A stretch of 64,000 nucleotides of DNA from Naegleria gruberi (Eukaryota). The notes beneath the pieces are model-generated. The model saw only the letters and a list, made by a program, of their open reading frames with translations. It was not told where the DNA came from and ran no database searches. Shown here in pieces: positions 22,483-34,025 of this stretch. Position numbers and translations under genes: made by a program. Where the stretch lies: NCBI GenBank assembly GCA_000004985.1, contig GG738867.1; one strand, 5' to 3'. The stretch's first letter is position 1, and each line of letters opens with the position of its first letter.

Positions 22483-24196
22483 TCAGTTCTGTGGTGAAAT
22501 GTCGTCTGATGTGGTGGTGAGAGGAAGTGATTCTTCTTTGGTGGGAATATTATCTATATAATTATCACTATTAACATTTGACTGTCTCTTGAATTTACAG
22601 GGAAGGTACATTTCTTTGAATTCAACTGAATCAAATTCTACAATGATTAAACCTAATGAAACGATGGAGAATAGAGCAGAAACTAGAGAGTAGATACCTG
22701 AGGACCACCTATCGTCAATGATTGAATTAATGCAGAGAATGTGGAGCAAATATCCAAGACAAACCAGAACAAATGCAACAATTACAAAAATGGAAAATTT
22801 CAAAAACTTATACAGTTAATAAAAGAAAAATAGAGAAACATACTGGTGATTGCATCAAATTGATATCAGAAATCTTTCTCATCTCAACATAAATCCAAAC
22901 AGATGAGACAATAATTGCTTGTAAAAGTTAATAGAATCAATTCATCCATGAAACATACCAATCACACTAACAATAGAAGCTCCTAATAAATAAGATTCCA
23001 AAGCATTTACAAAATAAATTGCATAAACATTTTGAGTATAGATTGAGGCAACTATAAAAGGAAGAATAACTCCAAATGAGATTGAGGCAAACAATGGAAT
23101 TACATAGAGGAAAATTGTAGCTCTCAATGATAAAGGACTATGTCTAACTAATCTAATCCAATTGGACAACCATGAAAATATGGCCAATTGTAAAAAGTTG
23201 AAAGACAATTGATAAGCAATTAAGAAAATAAAAATAATGAGCGAATTTGAAAATAACACAACTCCAAAGCAAATACTCCAAGATCCTACAAATATTCCAT
23301 TGTAAATACTTGGTATAATATTCAGATACTTTCTATCTCTGAGCATTCTCTTTGTTTTTGGAATGATACTTATAAAAGTATTGAGAATAAAGAGAACTAA
23401 TGAAGAAGCAAAGAAAAAGTAAATTGATGCCATGTCAAAGTTTGAATCTTCACCTAAGTAACATTTGGATACCTGAAAAGCAACTGCACAGATACAGGAA
23501 ATCATTCGTATATTTTCCAAACAAACTATTCGATTGTACTAGAAATGGAATTCCAAATGATTGAGTTCCACAAAAATAAATTGATGTTGGAAATTCACTA
23601 ATCATTCTATTGGAGAGTTGATCTCGCGATTGGCAACTCCCAGCAGAAACTCTTTTCTTAAAATGTTCACTTCTTCCAAGACAATACTGACATCCATTAA
23701 TCCAATCTGTTAAATTATTCGTTCCATTAGTATTTAACATTAAATATTCCTGTAAATTCTCAATTTTCCCATCATAATCACACAACAAATCAATACACGT
23801 CCTATTAAGTCTCGATTCCCAATAATTCAACTGCATACAAGCATCCACATCCCCAAAATACGAATCAACCCTAAATTCACCACTTTTTCCCTGTATTTGT
23901 TGAATAGTTTGAATTGTATAAATCATCATTGAATTACACTCAAAAGAGAGTGGTATCTTTGGTTCTCGGAATGTTCCCTTCCCAAACTCAACAGGATTAA
24001 ACATGTACGGTGATGAATGATTACAACCGGAAAAGATTGGAAAATATTCTTCTTGACCATTCACGGCATATAATTGATCATGATAATAAATGAATAGGAA
24101 GAGGAGGAGGATCGAGAGGATTATTCGGAATCTATTGTTGTTTGGATAGAAAATGCTTTTCATCGATTCCAATTCATTTCTGTTTTGGAGTTTCAA
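22483..24196 (-). pseudogene. Paralogue B of the same receptor-like family, disrupted by two apparent 1-nt frameshifts (pseudogene or homopolymer sequencing errors)
   Basis: It has the same ectodomain motifs (CIDLLCD, TDWINGCQYC, CQSRD, FPTSIYFCG, FGIPFLV, LCSC). The frame shifts between LYLCSC and the following KC at about 23466..23480, next to TTTT. The donor at 22958 is phase 1 but the only usable acceptor at 22807 is phase 0, next to a TTTTT run. The last exon 22483..22806 encodes TM6-7 and the tail. Confidence 0.55.
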
Positions 24197-24382
24197 TAGC
24201 TATTGAAATAGGTTACTTGATTGTGTTATGCATTGATTGGTTAACCTGGATTCTGTCTATTTTTGAATAACAAGGAATGCATTCCAAGTTATTTTGTTTC
24301 CCGCCACTTTAGTAAAGAGTTCATCAGATAACATCTTGTATCTGAACAATGTCAGTTTCTTTCAAAATCCATAATTAAAAAA

Positions 24383-26729
24383 ATGAAAGTGTCACCAGAG
24401 GTTAATACTGTACTGAGCTCCCAAGAAATTGACGTTTCTGACAAGCAACTGCTTCTCCAAGAAAAGAGAAGAAAATTCTATCAAGGAGTAGTTCCCTTAA
24501 ATTTATTCATTGTTTGCACCATTTCCTTATTGATTTTGAGTGGTTGCATATTCGTTTGGGTTTCGTCTTTTATCGTTACTAGCAATTCAATAGAAAATTT
24601 GAATGCCATGTTTATTGAAGAATCTGGTCAAAAGATCATTAAGAGTTTGACTGGTTATCTGGACCCAGCTGCAAAACTTACGAAAATGTTGGCCAAAGAT
24701 TGGAATTCTGGCTCGGTTAATCTTACTCAATTGAGAGAGTACTTATTTCCAAAATTCCAACAATTTGAAACGAGTGGTTGTGGTTTCTTTTTCAATGATA
24801 CCTATTCTTATAGATACACTTATACAGTGAGTGGTACTGCAAGTAATCCAGTTGTAGGTAAGTTGTTTCTTTTTTGAATATGGAAGGAATTTGAAACTTT
24901 TCAGTTTATAGTCAACAACCTTATGGTTTCATAGGTTCCATTCGTGACATGATTAATATCACAACAGGAGATGTTATTAAATATAAATACCAAGTAATTT
25001 ACACTCCAATTATCATGGTTGACCAAGACTATTGGATTTATCTTTCTAAATATACTAAACAGACTGGGCAAGAAGGTGTTCTGGGAGATCCTTATCTTGC
25101 ACCAGGTGCTAGTATGACAATCTATTATGCACAATGGGTATACGATCAAATATTGTGGAAAACTCAAAAGCAAAAGAGAATTATTGGGCTTGCAAAGATT
25201 AATCTTTCTCTTGATTCCATTGTCAATTATCTATCCAAGATTAAACTCTTAGGTGACGGTTATGTAGTAGTCACATTAAACTCTGGACTGGTAATTGGTG
25301 GTTCCATAAACACAACCGTCAATGATGGTCTGACATCTGCTCATATTTTTGATATTGAAACCAGAGGTGCTGGAAAGTTGATTAAGAAATTCTATGAGAA
25401 TAATGGAAATACTTTCCTAACCTTCCCAGAGAATATGAAGTTAAGCAGTGATGGAGTTGGATATATTATCACTCCAATCAAGTTTAAATATGAGAATTTA
25501 GAGTGGAATATTTTCTTTGTCTTGTATGAATCTGATGTGAACGAGGCATTAGTGATTAGCTCTTCCGTGAGTGTTGGTGTCACAGTGGTGATTGTCATAT
25601 TTGGTATTACTGCAAGTTTGTGCACTGGTTGGATTGTTTCTCGACCAATGAAATTCTTAGAAAATCAATTTGAATCAATTAGAATATTAGATTTGGAAGC
25701 AGTTAATTTGAGTAAGATATCCATGTTCAGAGAAGTTGATTCAATCTTTAACAATCTATATGATACAGTTTCATGGCTCAAGGAAATCAAATCTTTCATT
25801 CCAGATTATGTGTTTGAGCAAATCAAACAAAACCAGGAAGTTGAATTGCATAAAGGACAGGAAGTTAAAGAAAAGAATGATCACCTTTCTGAATCATCCT
25901 CCAGAAAATCAGTTTCATCCTCCAGAAGTGCAATGACGGCCAAACATTCTTCAGATAAGAGTTCATTCAAGAATCAACATCAATCGCTTTTCAAAATGGG
26001 TTACAGCAAGAAAGGGGTAGTATTCATTCATGCTAAATTGGAGAATTTAGTTGAGCAAGAGGTGGATTACATTTCAAACTTTTTCAAGGGATTCATTTCT
26101 GCAATATCAACAGTTGTAAAGGTTAATCAAGCAACTTTACATGTCATTTCATGTGAAGAGATTCAGATTTCACTAACTTCCAACTCTTTAGATGAGAAAA
26201 CCTATGAGAAAGGAGTTGACATTGCTTTAAAGATTGTTAAATCTTGCGACTCAAAAGTCATACCAAGAATTATTCAGAATTTGCCTCCAAGTATGATGTT
26301 AAAATAGTAACAGATTCAGAAAATATGCCACTTGATAAGTATATTAATCGTCCACTTGATATTATTGAAATGAAACAGCAGAGAGTGAGGATACATGAAT
26401 TAATTGATAAGAAGAATACTGATAATGATGAATGGTTGTACGAATTAGAAAACTCTAAAAAGAATAATAAGTATGCAGAATATTCCAAAATATTTGAAAT
26501 ATTCCATAATGATTATTGGAATGGAAAGGATGTTGCTGTGGAAGTGGAAGATTTGTTATTGGTTTTGGATCGTTTTAGAAATGTAGAGTTTTCTGGAAGG
26601 AATGACTTGTCGTGTGATGAATTATCAAACTTTTTAACAGATCTACTGCAAGTTACTGATCCACGAGAAGCAAATTCTAGATCCAGTACCTATGCTAAAA
26701 AATTGGTCCTAGACCTGAAGGTAATATAA
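24383..26729 (+). CDS. Two-TM receptor-like protein: large extracellular Cache/CHASE-like sensor domain, HAMP-like linker, degenerate class III cyclase-like cytoplasmic domain (tentative); 3' part in shifted frame
   Basis: Exon 1 is 24383..24857 (gtaagt donor) and exon 2 starts at 24935 after catag. TM1 is LNLFIVCTISLLILSGCIFVWV and TM2 is VISSSVSVGVTVVIVIFGITASL, flanking an extracellular domain of about 330 aa. A segment GVVFIHAKLENL...KVNQATLHVIS sits where the cyclase metal-binding and transition-state residues would be, but those residues are substituted. The reading frame changes at 26290..26308 to an ORF that stays open to 26729. The only GT-AG solution there is a 17-nt intron, which is implausibly short. 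Confidence 0.55.
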
Positions 26730-26773
26730 TCCCTTCAATAAGTACTATGATGAGTGAAAGCATTACTAAATAA

Positions 26774-28500
26774 CTACTTTGAAGTAGCACTGCTCTGACT
26801 GGTATAGTAGGTAATAGAATCCTTATTTGCAGTTTCCATTGATTCATCCTTCATTGATGAATATCCAGCGTTTTGATTAGTTAAAGATTCTGAAAGAGAG
26901 ACATCGAACTCCAAATCAGTGCTACCTCTTTTACAATAATAGAATGATCTAAATTCGTCGTTATTATATTCTGAATAAAACAATGCAATAGCAATTGAAA
27001 ACTCAAACACAACAAGCATGGTTCCAAAAAAAAGATACCAAACACCAATTACGTTTTCTAATGCTACAATTGAAATGAAAAATGATGCCATCAGTAACAG
27101 TAAAACTGAGACAAACACTACAAATTTGGAGTACTAATTCAAATTAAGTTAATGTTACAAATATCACTACTTACAAAAGTGTTATGTGTAATTTCAACAT
27201 CAGTCAATTTTTTCAAACTAATATTTGCCCAAATTGATGAAATAATAAATGCTAAATGATATTAATAATGAAAATTCTCAAAGCACTTACCAAGTGTTGA
27301 TAATAAAGACAGCACTGCCATAATAATATTATAAGCATTTCTAAAAATATTAACTACAGTGAAGAAAAATACAATTGGAATGACAAATCCAAAACCAATA
27401 GCAATTAAGAATAACACAGAGTGCACAATAATTGACTTAATGAGAATGCCTCTTATTTTTTGTATAGTCCACACTATTCTTATCCAGTAATGAACCCATG
27501 AAAATAATGCCATAATCAAAAAGCTTGGACTTGCTGTATTCAGAGTTCCAAATAGTCCTCTGGCTATTGCATAGTCAGATGGTAAAAAGGAAGCGACCCA
27601 AAAGCTAATATTAAATACGAGTAAATAAAATAGGCAATATAAACTAGTAGAAATAGGAAGGTACCTCTTGGTCTTGAAGCACTGTTTCATCTTTGGTAAG
27701 AAGACGAAAAATACAAAGCAAACCATTAAAATTGTCTCAAAAATAATGATAGCAAAATTAATTAAAGTCAAAAATTGATTCAATGCTAATTCTGTATCAC
27801 AATTGAATGCAAAAAATAAAAGTTCTGGGCATGTACAATAGTATGAGAAAGTTTCTGAACTGGAATATCCAGACAACACACTATTATTGATTACTAATGG
27901 AAACCCAAAATTATTTCTTCCACAATAAGTAATTGTTGAAGGAAATTGATTAATCATTAGATTAGCAACTGAATCTCTTGGATTACATTGTTGTAATAAG
28001 GTCCTTGTCTTAAATTCCTTTGCATGCTTACAGTATTGACACGAATTAATCCAATCATGTAATTGCAATCCTCCGTAAGAGGTTACTAAGCTCAAATCCT
28101 CCAAACCACTATCACACAATAAATCCACACATGTAATATTCAATATATTTTCCATATATTCCACTACCTGGCATGTGTCATACATTGGTGAAGACTGAAT
28201 CAACAGACGATTCCACATCGAATATGAAAACGGTGATGAAGCATCATACGTCTGTGCAACATAGGTAGAATTACAATAAAAATCAAGTGGAAATCGTTCA
28301 TTAGTTATCATGTTAGTATGATTAAAATATATCATTTCAATAGATGGATTCCTACAATTCTGAAAATATGCATATTGATATATTCCCGGAGCAGTAATTG
28401 TCGTCATATTGGATGCCGCCTCCACTTGTAAATTCATCATCATCATTAAAAGTAGTAAAATTGTGGAGGAGAAAATATGTTGTAGATAATTATCTTGCAT
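26774..28500 (-). CDS. Paralogue C of the Cys-rich-ectodomain multi-pass receptor-like family, 2 exons (~517 aa)
   Basis: Exon 1 is 28500..27291, with a phase-1 gtaagt donor, and exon 2 is 27117..26774, after a ttgtag acceptor. The signal peptide is MQDNYLQHIFSSTILLLLMMMMNLQVEA. The 12-Cys ectodomain carries ITCVDLLCD, HDWINSCQYC, CNPRD, FPSTITYCG, FGFPLVI and YCTC, followed by the TM bundle and an acidic tail. Confidence 0.7.
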
Positions 28501-28603
28501 TTTTTTTTAAATATTTTTAAAGAGGAGAGCGCAAACGTGTGATTTGAAAGATCTTTTGTAATTTTTAAATATTGTTATTCATATTAAGAATCAAATGATT
28601 ACA

Positions 28604-29644
28604 ATGACATCTATTTTTAAAATCATCAAAAAAACAACTCGAAAATGTTACAAGCCATTTATCGTATGTAAACACTTTTTCCGAATAATTGATGATTAAT
28701 ACTAATAATATTAATAATAATACTATTTAACATTATAAAGATGAACAACAAGAGGCTAGATTATGTGCCATGCACGCATTAAACAATCTCCTTCAGGGAT
28801 CTTACTTTTCCGAGGTTGATTTGATGGAATTGGCCAGACAACTCGATCAGAAGGAACGTTCTTTATTGGAGGGCAATGATTCAAAAAGTAGTCAGAATGT
28901 TAGTGATGAAGGTGATTTTAGTATTGGAGTAATTCAGGCTGCATTGGAAGTGTGGGGATTAACAACCATTCCAATAGGACATCCATCAATTACTTTATAT
29001 ACGAGGTTTGTTTTTTTAGTATTAATATACTATAATAATATATATTTAATATTTAAAAATACAATCATGTATTAATTGTATCGGAATTGATGAAAAATTA
29101 ATTTTGGAATTGATGATCAATTTTTATTTATTAATATTCGGAATTAAATAGAGAAAATCCGTGGAGTGAAAATGCATACATTTGTAATCATAGAGAACAT
29201 TGGTTTGTGTTTAGAAAATTCGGAAATCACTGGTTTAATTTAAATTCTACATTGGATGAGCCTGAATATCTCTCACAGACCTACATTTCACTTTTCATTG
29301 AACAATTGAAACAGGAAGGATATTCAATCTTTGCAGTGAGAGGTGAATTACCTCAATCTGAGGCTGAACTCTTATCAGCAACTTTTGATCCTAGCTCTAT
29401 TAAGAAGAAACCACCTAAAAAGAAGGAAAATTCGAATCCTATCGATTGGATTACTCGAATGCAGGAACAAATTTTGGGATCTCAACAAGAATCACAACAC
29501 GAAGGAATGGATGATGAAATGATGCAACAAGTATTGGCTCTCTCACGTCAAGATTTTCAACATGATTCTTCCACCACCACTAATCAAATGAATGATGACG
29601 ATGATTTGGAAGAAGCCATTCGAAAGAGTCTTCAAGAGCAATAA
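28604..29644 (+). CDS. Ataxin-3 (Josephin-domain deubiquitinase) homologue with two C-terminal UIMs, 3 exons (exon 1 inferred)
   Basis: Exon 2 is 28741..29005 and exon 3 is 29152..29644. Together they encode RLCAMHALNNLLQGSYFSEV (catalytic Cys), ICNHREHWFVFRKFGNHWFNLNS, EGYSIFAV, and the UIMs MMQQVLALSRQDF and DDLEEAIRKSLQE. An in-frame stop at 28728 forces an upstream exon. The candidate exon 1 is 28604..28667 (MTSIFKIIKK...; phase-1 gtaaac donor with a 73-nt intron). Confidence 0.75.
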
Positions 29645-29939
29645 CACACTGTAAATAAACTCTGTAAATAACATGTTCACTCTCTTTATTCCACAGTTCA
29701 TTTCGAATACTCTTTCGTCCACATAAAATACTCCATTTTTGGCAACTACACTTTCACAAAATTTCAAAGCCTTCCTCCTCCAACAAGCCTTCATGTTAAA
29801 AAAGCCTATTCCTTACAAAAACTCACTAAAATACAACTCTCCAAACCTATAAATTGCGCCTCTCCACCAACACCTTGATTTTCCAACTCAAAACAAATAA
29901 CTCAAAATCAAATCTAAAACAAATCAAAAACTTCTAACA

Positions 29940-30998
29940 ATGTCTTCCATTGAACAACAAAATCCAACTCCACAAGAAGAACAAGTTGAACACTGCCTTG
30001 TTACTACCACTCATGATAATACTCATAATGATGCTGAATTGAATTCTTCCGAGATTAAAGGCTCATCCTCTACCACCCTTGATAGTGAGCAAGCTACTAC
30101 TGACGTTGAGGCTCAGGTTGTTGCTCCAACTCAATCAAGCCTTGATGAGGTTACTTCTAACAATTCTATGGAAACTTTGGCTGCTGAAACTTCATCCATG
30201 TTGACTAATGTTCCTACTAGCAGTGCTTCAGAGTCATTGGCTGAGATTAGTTGCACAACTTCTATGGAGGAAGAGGAGGCTGTGTCAGATGCTAGTATGG
30301 TTGCTGAAGTTGTTCCTACTCCAACTGGTAAGGGATATGCTTCTCTATTCGAAACTTGTGAGACACCAAAGGAATCTCCAAACAAGAGAGTCAGAGAAGT
30401 GGATCAAGATGATTCTGAAGAAACTAATGATAATACTCAAGAAGTTGCTGCTGAGGAATTTTCCACTCAATTAGAAGAACCTCAAGCAAAGAAAGTCAAA
30501 TCCAATGAAATTGAATCTTCCATGATTAGTGACACTGCCACTGATGGATCTGCAAACACAAGCTCTGTTACCATTTGTTGTGAAGAAGATGATGAAATTG
30601 AAGTTACTCTCGTTTATGAAGATAAGGAAAGAGCTCTCTCATTCTACAAGACTGTCTTTGAAGTTGAAGTCGTTAATCAACCAGAAGAAACTGAAACTAA
30701 ACCTGCCGAAGAAGGAAACTCTGTTGAGAATGGTCAATCCACAACATTTGTTGAACAAGAACCTGATGATGTCAAGATTAAGGGTTTCAAGCTCAATGCC
30801 AAACTTTCACCAAAGAAGAAAGTTCAACAATCAAGTTTGCCAAAAACTCCAAGAATTTTCATTCCATCTGAAAAGTTGCAATCAACATTGGAAAGAGTTA
30901 AGGGATTTGAAGGTGCCTGTGTCGAAGAATGTTTGGATTTCACTTGTATAACTTGTCCAGAAGGTAACAAGTTGACACTTGTCAAAATTGATGTCTAA
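29940..30998 (+). CDS. Acidic Ser/Thr/Glu-rich protein (352 aa), function unknown
   Basis: Intact ORF that is low-complexity and acidic, with a Cys-containing C-terminal segment. Confidence 0.5.
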   Translation: MSSIEQQNPTPQEEQVEHCLVTTTHDNTHNDAELNSSEIKGSSSTTLDSEQATTDVEAQVVAPTQSSLDEVTSNNSMETLAAETSSMLTNVPTSSASESLAEISCTTSMEEEEAVSDASMVAEVVPTPTGKGYASLFETCETPKESPNKRVREVDQDDSEETNDNTQEVAAEEFSTQLEEPQAKKVKSNEIESSMISDTATDGSANTSSVTICCEEDDEIEVTLVYEDKERALSFYKTVFEVEVVNQPEETETKPAEEGNSVENGQSTTFVEQEPDDVKIKGFKLNAKLSPKKKVQQSSLPKTPRIFIPSEKLQSTLERVKGFEGACVEECLDFTCITCPEGNKLTLVKIDV

Positions 30999-31097
30999 AA
31001 CAATTATTACCTTAGATTTGTATATTATTAATATCTGTATTTCTGTAAATAAACATTAAATCTATTATTTATTTAATTTCAAACAAATTAGTTTCGT

Positions 31098-32531
31098 TTA
31101 TTTGGAACGAAGAATCTTTTTGAATTTGCCCTTCAAAATTCTTCTAAATGTTTTTCCACTAAATAGCTCTGCAAATATTACCAAACATAGAATTACCAAA
31201 AGATAAACACTCAATCCAATAAACCACTCAGAAGTTGCATAAATTCCGTGCACTCCAAAGTATAAATTCAAAATTCCAGCCAAAACAATAATTCTTCCTC
31301 CCCAAATATGGAAAAATGTTGAAATTTGTTTTGAAATCTTTTTAAAATTACTTGATTTTCTGAGGAATGATTCTTGTTCTGTTGATTTTCCATTTCCTGA
31401 CACCTGTTGACTATCTTTCTTTTTAAAGAATAAATGAAATACTGCTGTCAATGGTCCTGTCAACATTAATTGATATAATATCAATGCTAAAAATACAAAT
31501 AATCCAATCCACTTGTGAATACTATCAAAATGTCTATTCGTTGTCAGTGAACAAGCAACCAGTGATAAAATAAATGCAATGACAATGCAAACAACTCCAA
31601 CAATTGAGAGAACAATGTGAGTGGCAACTCCTTTGATTTTTGCAGAGAAACGAGCCGAATGTCTCACAGCCAACATGGATGCCACTAAAATTAATGAAAA
31701 TCCAATAATCATCAAGATTCCATGTGTAATTCTCAATCCCTGTAGTGTTACAGTTACAGGATAATAGTAAATACTTTGAAATTCAAACCAACCATATCCC
31801 ATATTCGAAAAAACAATATTCGAAAGTACATTCTCACCACTTGAAGTCCAAGTTGCAAAATTCAAAAACATAATTCCTCTCTCATTCTTTTTCGATGGTA
31901 AGAAAACATCATGTTCAACATCTGTCGTATTTTTCAATCTACTAAATTCAATAACTTTTACAATACATTTATCCTTTCCCACACAAGTCAACTCTTGATT
32001 TGATGTAATTTCTATATTACTCAACCCACCATCCAATTGATCTAATTTGGCATTCTTAAATATTTCACTCGTAGAAAATCCAGTTAAATCATCATTCGTA
32101 TTATTTGTTTTGTAATACATGTCATAGGCATTGTCATTATTAAATATCATCACATCAACAATGTATCTCATCGGAATGGTTGATCTTTCCACTATAATAT
32201 TAGGTACGGCTAAACTCACACCAATTATTCTACTTTCGTCCAACACCATTGGATTCACAACAAATTCACTCACAACTGATCCATTAAACATAATGCCATC
32301 TTTCTGCCAGTAAAAAACAAATAATGGTAAATCACTGAGAATGGCATAATTGTTATTATTCTTGATGTAATTGGTGTGAAGTTTGCTTGTTAAATAATTT
32401 GATAAATTAATTTCTGTTGATGATGAAAAGTGACACACAAATGTCAACACAATAATGCAAATAAGTGATAGGTGGTGTAGATGTGTTGACATTCTTTTTG
32501 AGGATGGAAAAATCGGGAAGAAATTATCCAA
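31098..32531 (-). CDS. DOMON domain + cytochrome b561 protein (ferric-chelate reductase 1-like)
   Basis: 477-aa ORF. It has a signal peptide, an extracellular beta-rich domain, and then six TM helices carrying paired His residues (HGILMIIGF...RH, HIVLSIVG, HKWIGLFVF, HIWGGRIIVLAG...HG). This is typical of the b561 di-heme core. Confidence 0.6.
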   Translation of the reverse strand: MDNFFPIFPSSKRMSTHLHHLSLICIIVLTFVCHFSSSTEINLSNYLTSKLHTNYIKNNNNYAILSDLPLFVFYWQKDGIMFNGSVVSEFVVNPMVLDESRIIGVSLAVPNIIVERSTIPMRYIVDVMIFNNDNAYDMYYKTNNTNDDLTGFSTSEIFKNAKLDQLDGGLSNIEITSNQELTCVGKDKCIVKVIEFSRLKNTTDVEHDVFLPSKKNERGIMFLNFATWTSSGENVLSNIVFSNMGYGWFEFQSIYYYPVTVTLQGLRITHGILMIIGFSLILVASMLAVRHSARFSAKIKGVATHIVLSIVGVVCIVIAFILSLVACSLTTNRHFDSIHKWIGLFVFLALILYQLMLTGPLTAVFHLFFKKKDSQQVSGNGKSTEQESFLRKSSNFKKISKQISTFFHIWGGRIIVLAGILNLYFGVHGIYATSEWFIGLSVYLLVILCLVIFAELFSGKTFRRILKGKFKKILRSK

Positions 32532-32639
32532 TCAACTCCTAAAGATTACAATAAAGTTTCGTTTAGTTTCTACTTGATGCAAAACTATTTCTGGCGCCAA
32601 ATTTTTAACAAACATTTTTATAGTTTCATCTTGTGTTGA

Positions 32640-34025
32640 CTACCACCAACCTCCAACCTTAAATACATCTTTATACAATGCACGAGCTATTTCAATGAAT
32701 TCACTTTGAACTTCTTTAGGAATGAACTCAAACGCCAAAATCTTAAATGATGGCCGTTTTGTTCGATTCTTGGCATCTGACTTGATGGCTTCTAAAATAA
32801 TCACTCGATCACGTTTCAATTCATCGGATGCAAATTGAATTGCGTTTCCATCTTGTTGCACAGCTCGTAACACCAAATCTCTGTCATTTTTCAATATTAA
32901 GGAAGCATATTCCAGAGCCATGCCTTCTTGTTTGACAGCTTCAAACATGACATCTCTGTCATTACTGCAAAATGAACCTCTGATTATATCAATTACAGAA
33001 CCAGAGTAGTATCTATAACTGTTTAGAGTTTGTAAAACTATTTCCTTTTCATTTTGTAGCTCAATAGATGCATATTCAAATGCCATTCCATTCGATTGAA
33101 GTGCTTTCATAACTATTTCTCTATGGTTTCTCAATTCGTGTGATGCAAATTCAAGAGAAATTCCATTTTGCTTAACAGCTTTCATTACAATTTCCTCATC
33201 TCTGTTAAATTCTTCTGATAAATATTCTAAAACAGTTCCTTTGGTTTTCACGCATTGTAAAACAAATTCTCTGAACCATTTCTTGTCATTTCTCAAATCT
33301 TGTGAAGGAAATCTGACAGCAATTCCATCATATTGAGCTGCTTTCATCAAAATTTCCTTGTCATTCCTTGCAATAGCTGACCATTTCAATATTTCTTCAG
33401 TTCCATTATACGATTTGCTTGTTTCCAGAGCTTTCAAAATCAAATCTCTATCCTCAGGAATATTCTCAAATATCCAATAAATCAATTTCCAATTTTCCAC
33501 AGCTTTTAACACAAATTGTTTGTTCTCCCACAAGTTGAGCACTTTTGCAATTCTAATTAACTTGTTTTCGTCTTTGAGTTTGAGAATTTCTTGAATAATA
33601 AACTTTTCGTCTCGTTTCCAATTCAATGAATTTCGAAAATTTAGAAAGGGTGAATTCTTGGAATGTTTTTTCATTGGGTTTTCTTCATCACTTTCATCTT
33701 CCAAATCTGAATCACTAGTTTCGTCTTCTTGATTACTTTCGTCTTGTTCATCTGAATCTGAATTTTCGTTATCAGAATTTTCTATGTTGGAATTTTCAAC
33801 GTCATGATGAAAGTGTGAAGGTTTCAAGTGAAAAGTTTCGAATATCGGTTTCATTATCATTTCAATTTTCAAAGCTTGGGGAACATCTTGGATTCGAATA
33901 GGAAGAAGTTTCGATTTGTGATGTATATCGAGAGAAATTATGACTGGTCCTGTGGTTGCATTTTGATCGGATTTGTTTTTCTTGTTCTTGTTGTGTGAAG
34001 CAGTATCTTGTAAGGATCGTTTCAT
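32640..34025 (-). CDS. DUF4116-like repeat protein with acidic N-terminal region
   Basis: 461-aa ORF with about eight repeats of the pattern EIVMKAVKQNGISLEFASHELRN(D/H)R. Confidence 0.55.
   Translation of the reverse strand: MKRSLQDTASHNKNKKNKSDQNATTGPVIISLDIHHKSKLLPIRIQDVPQALKIEMIMKPIFETFHLKPSHFHHDVENSNIENSDNENSDSDEQDESNQEDETSDSDLEDESDEENPMKKHSKNSPFLNFRNSLNWKRDEKFIIQEILKLKDENKLIRIAKVLNLWENKQFVLKAVENWKLIYWIFENIPEDRDLILKALETSKSYNGTEEILKWSAIARNDKEILMKAAQYDGIAVRFPSQDLRNDKKWFREFVLQCVKTKGTVLEYLSEEFNRDEEIVMKAVKQNGISLEFASHELRNHREIVMKALQSNGMAFEYASIELQNEKEIVLQTLNSYRYYSGSVIDIIRGSFCSNDRDVMFEAVKQEGMALEYASLILKNDRDLVLRAVQQDGNAIQFASDELKRDRVIILEAIKSDAKNRTKRPSFKILAFEFIPKEVQSEFIEIARALYKDVFKVGGWW

Noticed and set aside
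26291-26307. 17-nt GT-AG intron joining the two frames of the sensor gene
   Set aside because: It is far shorter than any other intron in the window, which range from 45 to 199 nt. It is treated as a probable indel instead.
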